Source of the DNA: Deltaproteobacteria bacterium HGW-Deltaproteobacteria-22
Lineage (GTDB): Bacteria; Myxococcota_A; Polyangia; HGW-17
DNA length: 64,000 nt
Direction of reading: 5' to 3'
NCBI GenBank assembly: GCA_002841825.1
Contig: PHAZ01000001.1
Coordinates: forward strand, 3,107 to 67,106
The notes under the pieces are model-generated. The model ran no database searches, had not been told where the DNA came from, and saw only the letters and a list, made by a program, of their open reading frames with translations. The translations under genes and the position numbers were made by a program. Below, piece after piece: positions 1 to 10,004 of the stretch (positions within the stretch are counted from its first letter, which is position 1; each line of letters starts with the position of its first letter).

Positions 1-377
1 CCGCGGTGTTCGGGATCCCGCTCGAGCCGATACTGGACCAGACATGAATCCGACTCGTGCGCGTTCTTGCGGGTGGGCCGGTGAGACATCGTGGAAAAGG
101 TGATCTCCATGCCGCCAACATCAGGCTGGGCCCGGAAGAACGTCCGCTTGAACTCGGCGGACGTGTCCTCACCCAGCGACAGATAGGCCATGTTCATATC
201 CTGCACGAACATGTCCAGGGCCGCGGCCGTGGCCTGCGTCTGGTCGGCGCGAAGCTCCGAGAGTTCCTGCGCGGCGCGGGTCGTCCGGATCGTGCTGTAT
301 AAAATGAAGGACATGAACGCGATGAGCGTGATGGACACCATCACTTCGATCAGGGTGAAACCGCGGGATGAATTCAT
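1..377 (-). CDS. gspJ: Type II secretion minor pseudopilin, GspJ-like; 3-prime end truncated by the window edge
   Basis: Minus-strand ATG at 377-375 overlaps the upstream gene stop as ATGA. Translation begins MNSSRGFTLIEVMVSITLIAF..., a prepilin-peptidase-type N-terminus (G|FTLIE + hydrophobic helix). Last gene in the gsp operon order. Not in the ORF track because there is no stop inside the window. Confidence 0.6.
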   Translation of the reverse strand, partial: MNSSRGFTLIEVMVSITLIAFMSFILYSTIRTTRAAQELSELRADQTQATAAALDMFVQDMNMAYLSLGEDTSAEFKRTFFRAQPDVGGMEITFSTMSHRPTRKNAHESDSCLVQYRLERDPEHR

Positions 378-1126
378 CGAACCCTACCCCCGCTCGTGCC
401 GCCTGTGCCGCCCGTGCCGCCCGTACCGCCCGTGCCACCCGTGCCACCCGTGCCGCCGCCGGTCAGCCCTGAAAGATCAAGGATGTTCTGGTCCAGAACC
501 GCCGGGTCGGTGAAGAACGCGATCAGTTCATAGCTCCTCTCCTTTTTCCCGACGCGCCAGGCCACGACGACGCGAACCCGCCGCACGGCTTGTTCCATGA
601 CGTTCTGGATGGTGGAGAGTGCTGTCGTTAAAAAGCTACCCATCATACCGGTCAGGCCCGACATCACATCACTGTCGCCGCCCGGGATCATCTGGGTCAG
701 CAGATCCTGCATGAAGGGAGGAATCGTGCTGTCGGCCGGCGCTCCCTCCCCGGAGCCGTCATCGAGCCCTAGCCCGCCGGCGAGCTGCTGCTGCAGCATG
801 GACATGTCGGGTATCTCAATTTTTTCGATGTACACACAATACGTGAACAGTTCCGTACCCTCGAGTTGATCCGATTCAAAATCGCCGCACATCTCGCCTT
901 CAAACGTACCGAAGCCTTCCTTGCGCAGCAGTTGTTCGGTCTCCAATATTTTATAGTTGGCCAAATGAATACCCTGCAACTGCAGCCGCGCCTCGATGTT
1001 GCGTGTGATCGAGTCCGTCTGTCCCTTGAGAATCCAGATCAGGGACATGGCCAGGATGGTCAGGGCTATCATCACCTCGAGCAGAGTGAAGCCCCCGGAC
1101 GCATGATGAAGGTTAATCCTCTTCAT
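374..1126 (-). CDS. gspI: Type II secretion minor pseudopilin with GspI-like N-terminus (MKRINLHHASGGFTLLEVMIALTILA) and a C-terminal (GGT)n repeat
   Basis: Prepilin leader plus GFTLLEVM motif. Sits between the gspH-like and gspJ-like genes. The track ORF 374..1186 is trimmed to the Met that precedes the leader. Much longer (250 aa) than a typical GspI, so exact family assignment is uncertain. Confidence 0.5.
   Translation of the reverse strand: MKRINLHHASGGFTLLEVMIALTILAMSLIWILKGQTDSITRNIEARLQLQGIHLANYKILETEQLLRKEGFGTFEGEMCGDFESDQLEGTELFTYCVYIEKIEIPDMSMLQQQLAGGLGLDDGSGEGAPADSTIPPFMQDLLTQMIPGGDSDVMSGLTGMMGSFLTTALSTIQNVMEQAVRRVRVVVAWRVGKKERSYELIAFFTDPAVLDQNILDLSGLTGGGTGGTGGTGGTGGTGGTGGTSGGRVR
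394..462. repeat. Tandem 9-bp repeat (CGTGCCGCC-like, about 7 copies) encoding (GGT)n at the gspI-like C-terminus
   Basis: Directly visible period-9 repeat ending at the gene stop/gspJ start junction. Confidence 0.8.
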
Positions 1127-1898
1127 CGTCGTCCTCCGGCGGCAGCAGGTTGCCCTCGGCGTCCTCGCACAGGTCTCCGGGCACAACGAAGCCCGACTCG
1201 TAGCGGACGTGTCCGGTCATGGGTTCCACAATCACCGAAAGTTCGTGTTCGGCCGTGGAGCGCAACAGGATGACCGCTCCCCAGTTGGTGCCGTTTGGAT
1301 AGAAGGCCAGACTGACCAGACCGCTGGTAAACTCCTTGTTCATGCAGGGGAATGTCACCGAGGCGATACGGACGTTCTCCAGCACGATCTCGGTCTTCAT
1401 CTGCGTCTCGAGGGCTTCCCACTGGGACAGCGGCGGCAAAAAAGGCTTGCCCGGATCCGCGGCGCCCAACGGCCCCACGGGATTACTCAGATCCATCCTG
1501 GTCCAGTTCTCGTACCGCCACTCCAGCGTCTCCTCTTCCTCCTCGTCGACGCGGGGATCCCGGTGGGGCAGTGCCACGCCGGGCGGGAAACGCTCGACCT
1601 TCAGGACGGGACTTTCCTTGTCCAGATCCATCACCAGGCGCAGGAGCGTGCGCGAGGTGCGGGCCCTTCCCGACAGAAAGCGCACGCCGCCGGCGAACTT
1701 CCGGCCGGCCTCCCGCAGTTGCATCTTGGGCAGTTGCGAGTAGCTCACCGCCACTGCCCCGAACAGCATCGCGACGATGACCACGACGATCAGCACCTCG
1801 ATCAGCGTGAAGCCAGCGCCTTTTACGCACCGGTTTCGGCTTCCGGGGTGGATCTTCCGGGTCCGGGCCCGGGGGGTTCTACTGGCCGCAATCTTCAT
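1113..1898 (-). CDS. gspH: Type II secretion pseudopilin GspH-like (acidic C-terminus)
   Basis: Contains KGAGFTLIEVLIVVVIVAML prepilin-type N-terminal helix. Lies immediately downstream of gspG. Start trimmed from track ORF 1113..2030 to a Met upstream of the leader; exact start is uncertain and overlaps the gspG 3-prime end. Confidence 0.5.
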   Translation of the reverse strand: MKIAASRTPRARTRKIHPGSRNRCVKGAGFTLIEVLIVVVIVAMLFGAVAVSYSQLPKMQLREAGRKFAGGVRFLSGRARTSRTLLRLVMDLDKESPVLKVERFPPGVALPHRDPRVDEEEEETLEWRYENWTRMDLSNPVGPLGAADPGKPFLPPLSQWEALETQMKTEIVLENVRIASVTFPCMNKEFTSGLVSLAFYPNGTNWGAVILLRSTAEHELSVIVEPMTGHVRYESGFVVPGDLCEDAEGNLLPPEDDDEED

Positions 1899-2322
1899 CT
1901 TTGATGTCATCTCCGGTCCCGAAATTTTCATCGGGACCTGCAGAGTACACGCAGAACGATCGTTCAACCTTCTCCACCCGGATCTCGTTGCCCCAGGCGT
2001 CGGACAGATCCTTTTTCTTGAAGGAGCCATCGGAGATCAGGGTCTCCAGCATGGCCTTGCCGTCCTTGCCCTTGTTCTCGGGCTCGGCCGCTTCGGCGTT
2101 GATGGTCGCGGCGATCCGGTTCACCTGGGTCTGGGTGGTCTTCTTTTTTGCCTTCTTCAGATACGACATGACGCCGACGGTGACGGCGCCCATGACCATA
2201 CCCATGATGACGATGACGACCATGATCTCGATGAGCGTCATACCCAGTTGACGCCGACGGGTGTTATTTCCGGCAGGGCGGGGATCCATGTGTTCGCTGG
2301 CTTGTACTTGATTCTCAGACAT
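1879..2322 (-). CDS. gspG: Type II secretion major pseudopilin GspG
   Basis: About 145 aa. RRRQLG|MTLIEIMVVIVIMG prepilin cleavage motif followed by the conserved GspG-like body. Position after gspF. Confidence 0.8.
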   Translation of the reverse strand: MSENQVQASEHMDPRPAGNNTRRRQLGMTLIEIMVVIVIMGMVMGAVTVGVMSYLKKAKKKTTQTQVNRIAATINAEAAEPENKGKDGKAMLETLISDGSFKKKDLSDAWGNEIRVEKVERSFCVYSAGPDENFGTGDDIKDEDCGQ

Positions 2323-2330
2323 GACGACTC

Positions 2331-3563
2331 CTATACTCCTATGTTGTTCATCTGCATGATCGGCATCAGGATGGACATGACGATGAAGGCCACCATCCCA
2401 CCCATCACCAGGATCATCAGCGGCTCGAGCACCGACGTGAGCTTGGAGAGCGTGGTCTCCACCTCGTTGTCGTACGTGACCGCAACATTGTTTAACATTT
2501 GTTCTAATTGACCAGATTTTTCACCAATTGCCACCATATGACTGACCAACGGAGGGAACTCCCCGGAGCGCTCCATGACACGCGCCATGCTCTCACCCTC
2601 GCGTACGGCCACGGCCACGTCATCGACGACCTCCTGCAGGCGGGTGTTTCCCATGACGCTCCGGGAGATGTCCAGCGACTGCAGGATCGGCACGCCCGAG
2701 TGAAGCATGGTGCCCAGCGTGCTGGAGAACCGGGCGATGGAGATGATCCGCACCAACTGACCGACCAGGGGCACGTGCAGCAGGAAGCGGTCCCACAGGT
2801 GACGCCCCGACTCGGAGCGCTTCCAACGCTTGAATCCAAACACGACGGCGATGATCCCCAGGATCAGCAAGTACCATGAATTGCTGATGAAGTTGCTGAA
2901 ACCGATCAGCAGCCGGGTATAGATCGGCAGGGTCTGGCCACTGTCCTCGAACACGGTCACCACGTTGGGGACGACCGTGGTCATGAGCAGGCCCACCATG
3001 CCCGAGGTGATGAAAACCATGATCACCGGATAGGTCATCGCCGAGGAGACCTTGTCCTTGAGTTTCTGCTGACGCTCAAGATACTCCGCCAGCGAGAACA
3101 GCACGGTGTCGAGGTTACCCGAAGCCTCGCCGGAGCGGACCATGGATACATAAAAAACATTGAACTCTTTAGGATGCGCCATTAAGGCATCGGCCAGCGA
3201 GCGCCCTTCGTTGACGGTCCGCCGTACGGTAAAAACGAGGGTGGCCAGTTTTTTTTGTCCTTTATCACTCTGGAGTTGGTCCGCAATGGCGGCCAGACTC
3301 TCGGTCAGGGGCACGCCGGCCTTGAGCAGGGTCGCCAACTGGCGCGTGAACACGGCAATGGCCGAGGCTGAGACCCGGTTGATGAAGGATATGTCAACTT
3401 CGCGCTGCAGGCCCTTTCCCTTCTCCGTGGAAAGCTTGACTTCCTGCAGGAAAAGTCCCTCCTTGCGCAGTTGGGCACGCAGGGACTTCTCCGAGTCCGC
3501 ATCCCGGGTGCCCCGGACGGCTTTGCCGGAAGCGTTTAGGCATTTATAAACAAATACTGGCAT
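2331..3563 (-). CDS. gspF: Type II secretion inner-membrane platform protein GspF
   Basis: 410 aa, duplicated GspF/PilC-type domain architecture with three TM segments. Lies between gspE and gspG. Confidence 0.85.
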   Translation of the reverse strand: MPVFVYKCLNASGKAVRGTRDADSEKSLRAQLRKEGLFLQEVKLSTEKGKGLQREVDISFINRVSASAIAVFTRQLATLLKAGVPLTESLAAIADQLQSDKGQKKLATLVFTVRRTVNEGRSLADALMAHPKEFNVFYVSMVRSGEASGNLDTVLFSLAEYLERQQKLKDKVSSAMTYPVIMVFITSGMVGLLMTTVVPNVVTVFEDSGQTLPIYTRLLIGFSNFISNSWYLLILGIIAVVFGFKRWKRSESGRHLWDRFLLHVPLVGQLVRIISIARFSSTLGTMLHSGVPILQSLDISRSVMGNTRLQEVVDDVAVAVREGESMARVMERSGEFPPLVSHMVAIGEKSGQLEQMLNNVAVTYDNEVETTLSKLTSVLEPLMILVMGGMVAFIVMSILMPIMQMNNIGV

Positions 3564-3576
3564 GCCCAGTCCTTTC

Positions 3577-5352
<1,776 letters not shown>

Positions 5353-5360
5353 CTCCCGGC

Positions 5361-5489
5361 CGGCTTCGGTGTCTTGCCGTCAGCCGGAGGCGTCTTGCCG
5401 TCAGCCGGAGGCGTCTTGCCGTCAGCCGGAGGCGTCTTGCCGTCAGCCGCCGTCAGCCGGAGGCGTCTTGCCGTCAGCCGGCTTCGGCT
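5361..5489. repeat. Tandem 21-bp repeat (GTCTTGCCGTCAGCCGGAGGC, about 5 copies) spanning the gspD C-terminus, its stop codon and the gspD-gspE intergenic region
   Basis: Encodes PADGKTP on the minus strand. One irregular copy (…CAGCCGCCGTCAGCC…) introduces the gspD stop. Copies continue to about 10 nt from the gspE start. Confidence 0.85.
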
Positions 5490-8019
5490 CCTCTTCGACC
5501 GGATCGGATTCATCGTCTTCGCGCATCTTCTGCAGCATCCGGTGTACTTCCTTGATGTCCCTCTTGTTCACGCTCACCGGCCCGGAGGAGTCCACGACCT
5601 TGTACTCATCCATTGCCTTCTTGCGCTGGATGATTTCTTCTTCCATGCGGTGGGCGGTCCGGTTGATGTCCTCGAAGAATCCATGCTTGTGTTTATAATT
5701 AATATCAGCCTCGAAATCCTGATCCCGGAAGGAGGAGTACTTCTCGATGAACTCCTTGCGAAGCTTCACTTTTTCCATGAAAATCCGGCGTAGGTCGCTC
5801 TCGTCGCGGATGATGTAAGGCGTGATGAAGATCAGGAGGTTGGTCTTCTCGGTGATCCGTGTGGTCGACTTGAACATGTAGCCCAGGATGGGGATGTCGC
5901 CCAGCAGGGGGACCTTCTGCACATTTTCCTTGATCTTTTCGGTGATCAGTCCACCGATGACCACGGTCTGCTGGTCCTTGACCACGACGACCGTCGTTGC
6001 CTTGCGCTTGGAGGTGGTCGGCCCCACGACCTGGTCGATGGACTTGACCTCGTTGATCTCCTGATCCACTTCCATGCGCACGAAGTCACTCTGGTTCACA
6101 TGCGGTGTGAGTTTCAACTTCAGCGCCACGTCCTGGCGCTGCACCGACACCATCGGCATCGAAGACAGGGCCGAAGATGAACTGGAGAACGAGGAGGCCA
6201 GTGAGGAAATGGAAGAATAGCCGCTCTGGAATGGCACGTTCTCACCGACGGTGATCTCGGCTTCCTCGTTGTCGGTGGTCAGGATGTGCGGTGAACTGAT
6301 GACATTGACCGCGTTGTTGCTCTGCAGCGCCTGGAACATCACGCCAAAGGAGGGGAAGGAGATGCCCGGGATGCCCAGCAGGGACTCGGCGTCCTTGATC
6401 TCGGGACCGCGCAGACCAACGGCCATACCCATCAGGGAGAGCGGGTTCATGATGATCGAGTTCATCGAGGAGTTCGTGATCGAGCCACCGAACAGGAAGG
6501 ACTGCTTGTCCCCGGAGCCCATCGGATCACCGCCATGGAACGACATGCCGATGTTGCGGGTCTTGTCCAGGGACACCTCAAGGATGGTCACTTCCACAAA
6601 GACCTGACGGCGAGGACGATCGAGCTCCTTGATGACGCGCTTGATGGACAGGAAATCTTTATTGGATGCCACAATCACCAGGGAGTTGGTAGCCGGATCC
6701 GGCTGGATCTGCACCGGACCCTGGAACAGGCTCTCGGCGTTGCCACCACCACCCCAACCGCCCATCGGATTATACCCACCGTATTGATTTCCGCCCCGCT
6801 GGTTCCGGTTGGTGTTCGTGCGGGAAGTACGCGAGGTTCGCGAGGTCGACGTCGTGCGGCTCGTACCGCTGTTGGTGCCGCCGGTCAGGGCCGACAGGAG
6901 GCTGGCCATGTCCTCGGCGACGGCGTTCTCGAGGTAGACGATGTTGATTTTTTCCTCACCGCCCGGAAGGGGGACGTCGAGCTTCTGGAACAGCGCGAGC
7001 AACTCCAGATAGGCCGCGTCATTCGCAACAATGATCAAACTATTCGTGCGAGGCTCGGCGATGATCTTCGAGATCGAGTTCTTCGTACCGACGTTCTGCA
7101 CACCACCGGACGTGGACGACGTCTGTGGATTATAGACCTTGGTCGGGGCCGTCTGACCGCGACGACGGCCTCCCATGTTGGGAGCCGTTGTGTTGTTGCC
7201 GCTGGAACCGCTTTCCGAGACATCGAACACTTCCGTCAACTTGGTGGCGATCTCCTCGGCATCGGCGTTCTTGACCTTCAGCACCCACACGCGTTCGTCA
7301 TGCACACCCTCGATATCGAGCTGGCTAAGAATCTTCAGCAGCCGGGTGATGCTGGTGCCCATGTCGGTGATGATCAGCAGGTTCGTCGGAGAATAGGTGG
7401 TGATGTCGCCATATTTGGACTTGAATTTACCCAGAATCTCGGCCACCTCCGACACGCTGGCATGCTTGACGTGAATCATCGCCGTGGTGAAGCTCTCGTT
7501 GTTGGCGACCGCCTCTCCGGGCACGGTCAACGGCTGGACGACCGAATTGGCTCCCGCTATCTCGATGACCTTGTAATACTGACCCGACTGCTGGATGGTC
7601 AGGTTCATCGCCTCCAGGGAAGACAGAAAAGCCTTGTACGCCTCGTACGCGGTCACTTCCGAGGGACTGTAGATGGTCACGCGCTGCGCCCGCAGTCCTG
7701 CGCTGACGATGAAGCGTTTGCACGTGATCGAGGAAATCCAGGAGACCAGATCGGCCAGTGTGGACTCCGGCTTGAGCGTGACCTTCATCTTCCGATAGCC
7801 TGGGATGTTCTTGCATTCGTTGAAATTCGGATCATCCTTGGCCGTCCCTGCATCCCCGGTCGAGCCAGGCGCAGGTGGCTTGGCCCCCGATGTGTTGCCG
7901 GGCTGTACGGTGGGCCGGATCGGACGCGAAATCGGGGATGGCTGGGCCAGACCCGTTCCCGGAACAAGGGAGGCACAAAAGAATGTGACAAATAAGAGAT
8001 TACGCATCATCATCTCCAA
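5443..8019 (-). CDS. gspD: Type II secretion outer-membrane secretin GspD
   Basis: N-terminal signal peptide. N0-N3 domains. Secretin core with VPLLGDIPILGYMFKSTTRITEKTNLLIFITPYIIRD signature. C-terminal PADGKTP repeats. Confidence 0.9.
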   Translation of the reverse strand: MEMMMRNLLFVTFFCASLVPGTGLAQPSPISRPIRPTVQPGNTSGAKPPAPGSTGDAGTAKDDPNFNECKNIPGYRKMKVTLKPESTLADLVSWISSITCKRFIVSAGLRAQRVTIYSPSEVTAYEAYKAFLSSLEAMNLTIQQSGQYYKVIEIAGANSVVQPLTVPGEAVANNESFTTAMIHVKHASVSEVAEILGKFKSKYGDITTYSPTNLLIITDMGTSITRLLKILSQLDIEGVHDERVWVLKVKNADAEEIATKLTEVFDVSESGSSGNNTTAPNMGGRRRGQTAPTKVYNPQTSSTSGGVQNVGTKNSISKIIAEPRTNSLIIVANDAAYLELLALFQKLDVPLPGGEEKINIVYLENAVAEDMASLLSALTGGTNSGTSRTTSTSRTSRTSRTNTNRNQRGGNQYGGYNPMGGWGGGGNAESLFQGPVQIQPDPATNSLVIVASNKDFLSIKRVIKELDRPRRQVFVEVTILEVSLDKTRNIGMSFHGGDPMGSGDKQSFLFGGSITNSSMNSIIMNPLSLMGMAVGLRGPEIKDAESLLGIPGISFPSFGVMFQALQSNNAVNVISSPHILTTDNEEAEITVGENVPFQSGYSSISSLASSFSSSSSALSSMPMVSVQRQDVALKLKLTPHVNQSDFVRMEVDQEINEVKSIDQVVGPTTSKRKATTVVVVKDQQTVVIGGLITEKIKENVQKVPLLGDIPILGYMFKSTTRITEKTNLLIFITPYIIRDESDLRRIFMEKVKLRKEFIEKYSSFRDQDFEADINYKHKHGFFEDINRTAHRMEEEIIQRKKAMDEYKVVDSSGPVSVNKRDIKEVHRMLQKMREDDESDPVEEEPKPADGKTPPADGG

Positions 8020-8022
8020 ATA

Positions 8023-8934
8023 TTACCGGATGGAATAATCCATGTTGATCGTCTGGCCGCCGCGGTTGAGCGAGAGGGTCAGATGGTTGGCGTCCTTGAG
8101 CTTGGTGTACAGGGCGAACGTCTGATCAATGGAATCCAGTTGAATGTTGTTGACCGAGGAAATAACGTCCCCGGAGCGGATTCCCAACTTGTAGAACACG
8201 GAAAACGAGCGAACAAAGGAAACCTTGAAGCCGCCGTTGGCATCGGGCATCACCCGGGCGCCGCTGCTGGCTGAGGCCATGTTCTTCATGAAATCGGTGA
8301 TCACCGCCTTGTCCACTTCATATTTATAAGGCCCGACCTGCTGGATCCTGCCGTCATCGCCCTTGGCGTTGGCGGCCCCCGGCGGCGGGGTCGTCGTGGC
8401 CACCACCGGACTGTTCTTGGGCTCGCCCATCAGGTTCAGCACTTTCTCCTGCCCTCCCTGGGTGAACACCACGCGCTTGGACTCGATCGCCACCACCGTG
8501 GCGTCCCCGAGGGCATCGCCCTCCGACAGCAGCACGAACTTGGCCTCCGCATGGGTGGTGAGGGCCACTGTGGCCAGGGAGTCCTTCGGGTTCTTCGCCA
8601 TCATCGTGACAACGAGTTCGGCACCCTCCAGCGAGGCGGCCGCCGGCGGCTCCCCTCCGGCGGTGGCGGTTCCCGCCAGATCGTCCAGGGAAATCGGTTC
8701 GCAGGTGGCACAGAAGATGTTTCTGCGCAACACCCCCCGCAGGTCGGCGACCCACTCCGGCTTCTTGGGGGACGTATCCACCAAGGCCACCGGCCGGCGG
8801 GACGTATCGAGCCGTGGTGCGGAATACAGTTTCCAGGCTACGATATCGGCCGCAATCACACCGGCTCCCAGTCCCTGGAGCAGGACCAGTGTCGCCTGAA
8901 TCAGATGGGGATAAAAACGTGCCAGACCTTCCAT
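8023..8934 (-). CDS. gspC: Type II secretion protein GspC (C-terminal PDZ domain)
   Basis: N-terminal TM segment and C-terminal PDZ-like segment (GFKVSFVRSFSVFYKLGIRSGDVISSVNNIQLDS...). First gene of the gsp cluster, directly upstream of the secretin. Confidence 0.65.
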   Translation of the reverse strand: MEGLARFYPHLIQATLVLLQGLGAGVIAADIVAWKLYSAPRLDTSRRPVALVDTSPKKPEWVADLRGVLRRNIFCATCEPISLDDLAGTATAGGEPPAAASLEGAELVVTMMAKNPKDSLATVALTTHAEAKFVLLSEGDALGDATVVAIESKRVVFTQGGQEKVLNLMGEPKNSPVVATTTPPPGAANAKGDDGRIQQVGPYKYEVDKAVITDFMKNMASASSGARVMPDANGGFKVSFVRSFSVFYKLGIRSGDVISSVNNIQLDSIDQTFALYTKLKDANHLTLSLNRGGQTINMDYSIR

Positions 8935-9128
8935 GTGTTCGCCAACTCCCGCATGAACCCGGCGGAAAACCGTTCATGTCGCGCCGGACAGGCCGCTAGT
9001 GCAAGAACCGGGCCTGCCCGAAAGCATTCCGCATCATCATGATTTTTCCTGTCAATTCAAGGAAAATCGAAGATGTTTGCCAATTTGACAAACCGGTTTG
9101 ATCACTCCCTGAAAAATGTGTCAAATTG

Positions 9129-10004
9129 TCACAGCCGGCAGCGCTCGAAAAGGTCCAGATGCACCTCGGGCGAAAGTTGTTCGGGACGGAGCTGGAGGGA
9201 GAACGGCGGGGCCGCGCGCAACGCTTGGATCCGATCGGCGGAAAGCATCGAAGCCATGATGTTGCCCATCTGCTTTCGGCGCATCGAAAAGATCCGGGTC
9301 AGCCAGACCGAGAGGGCGTTCCAGTCGACGTTCCGGGCTGGCCGCGGCTCAAAGCGCACGACCGAGGAGGTGATCTTGGGGGCCGGCGAGAAGGACCCGG
9401 GACTCACATGAAAGCAGATCGTGCACCCGGCCGCCAGTTGCGCGACCACCGAGAGAAGTCCGTACTCCCTGGAATGGGGACCGGCCACGATCCGCTGCGC
9501 CACCTCGCGCTGGAACATCAACACCCACGGTGAGCCCGCACGTGCAGTCCGGATCAGGGCGAATAAAATCCTCGCGGCCACGCAGTACGGCAGGTTTCCA
9601 ATCACGGCCGGCGTGAACACGCCGGGCGGCGTGGGAACGCCGGGCGAAGTGATGTCGCCGGGTGCTATGACGCCGGTTTTCCCCGCTTGCAGCAGAGAAG
9701 ACAAATCAAGCGTCGTGGCATCCTCTTCGAGCAGGGAGAAGTGAGGATCCGCCCCGAACCGGTGCGTCAGATATGCAGCCGACTCCCGGTGCGGCTCGAT
9801 GGCGATCACCTCAAATCCGCGCGCGAGCAACTCGGTCGTGAGCGCACCCCTGCCAGACCCGATCTCAATCACCGGCCTGGCCTGCACCGGCAACAGATCC
9901 ACGATTTTCTCGATGACCCCACCATTGATTAGATAATTCTGACCCCAGGCTTTGCTCGGGATCCACTGTCCCAGCCACCCTTCACCCGTTCCAGACATGG
10001 ACAC
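9129..10004 (-). CDS. rsmA: 16S rRNA (adenine1518/1519-N6)-dimethyltransferase RsmA/KsgA
   Basis: QNYL, EIGSGRGALT (SAM-binding motif I) and NLPY motifs. Length 291 aa with an inserted Pro-rich loop. Confidence 0.8.
   Translation of the reverse strand: MSMSGTGEGWLGQWIPSKAWGQNYLINGGVIEKIVDLLPVQARPVIEIGSGRGALTTELLARGFEVIAIEPHRESAAYLTHRFGADPHFSLLEEDATTLDLSSLLQAGKTGVIAPGDITSPGVPTPPGVFTPAVIGNLPYCVAARILFALIRTARAGSPWVLMFQREVAQRIVAGPHSREYGLLSVVAQLAAGCTICFHVSPGSFSPAPKITSSVVRFEPRPARNVDWNALSVWLTRIFSMRRKQMGNIMASMLSADRIQALRAAPPFSLQLRPEQLSPEVHLDLFERCRL

Noticed and set aside
5361-5489. Possible CRISPR-like array (regular short repeats)
   Set aside because: The period is 21 bp with no unique spacers. The units are contiguous, in frame, and encode the secretin C-terminal heptad. 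No cas genes are adjacent. Classified as a coding tandem repeat instead.
6535-7995. 486-aa plus-strand ORF inside gspD
   Set aside because: Antisense to the secretin gene. No motifs. Composition artefact.
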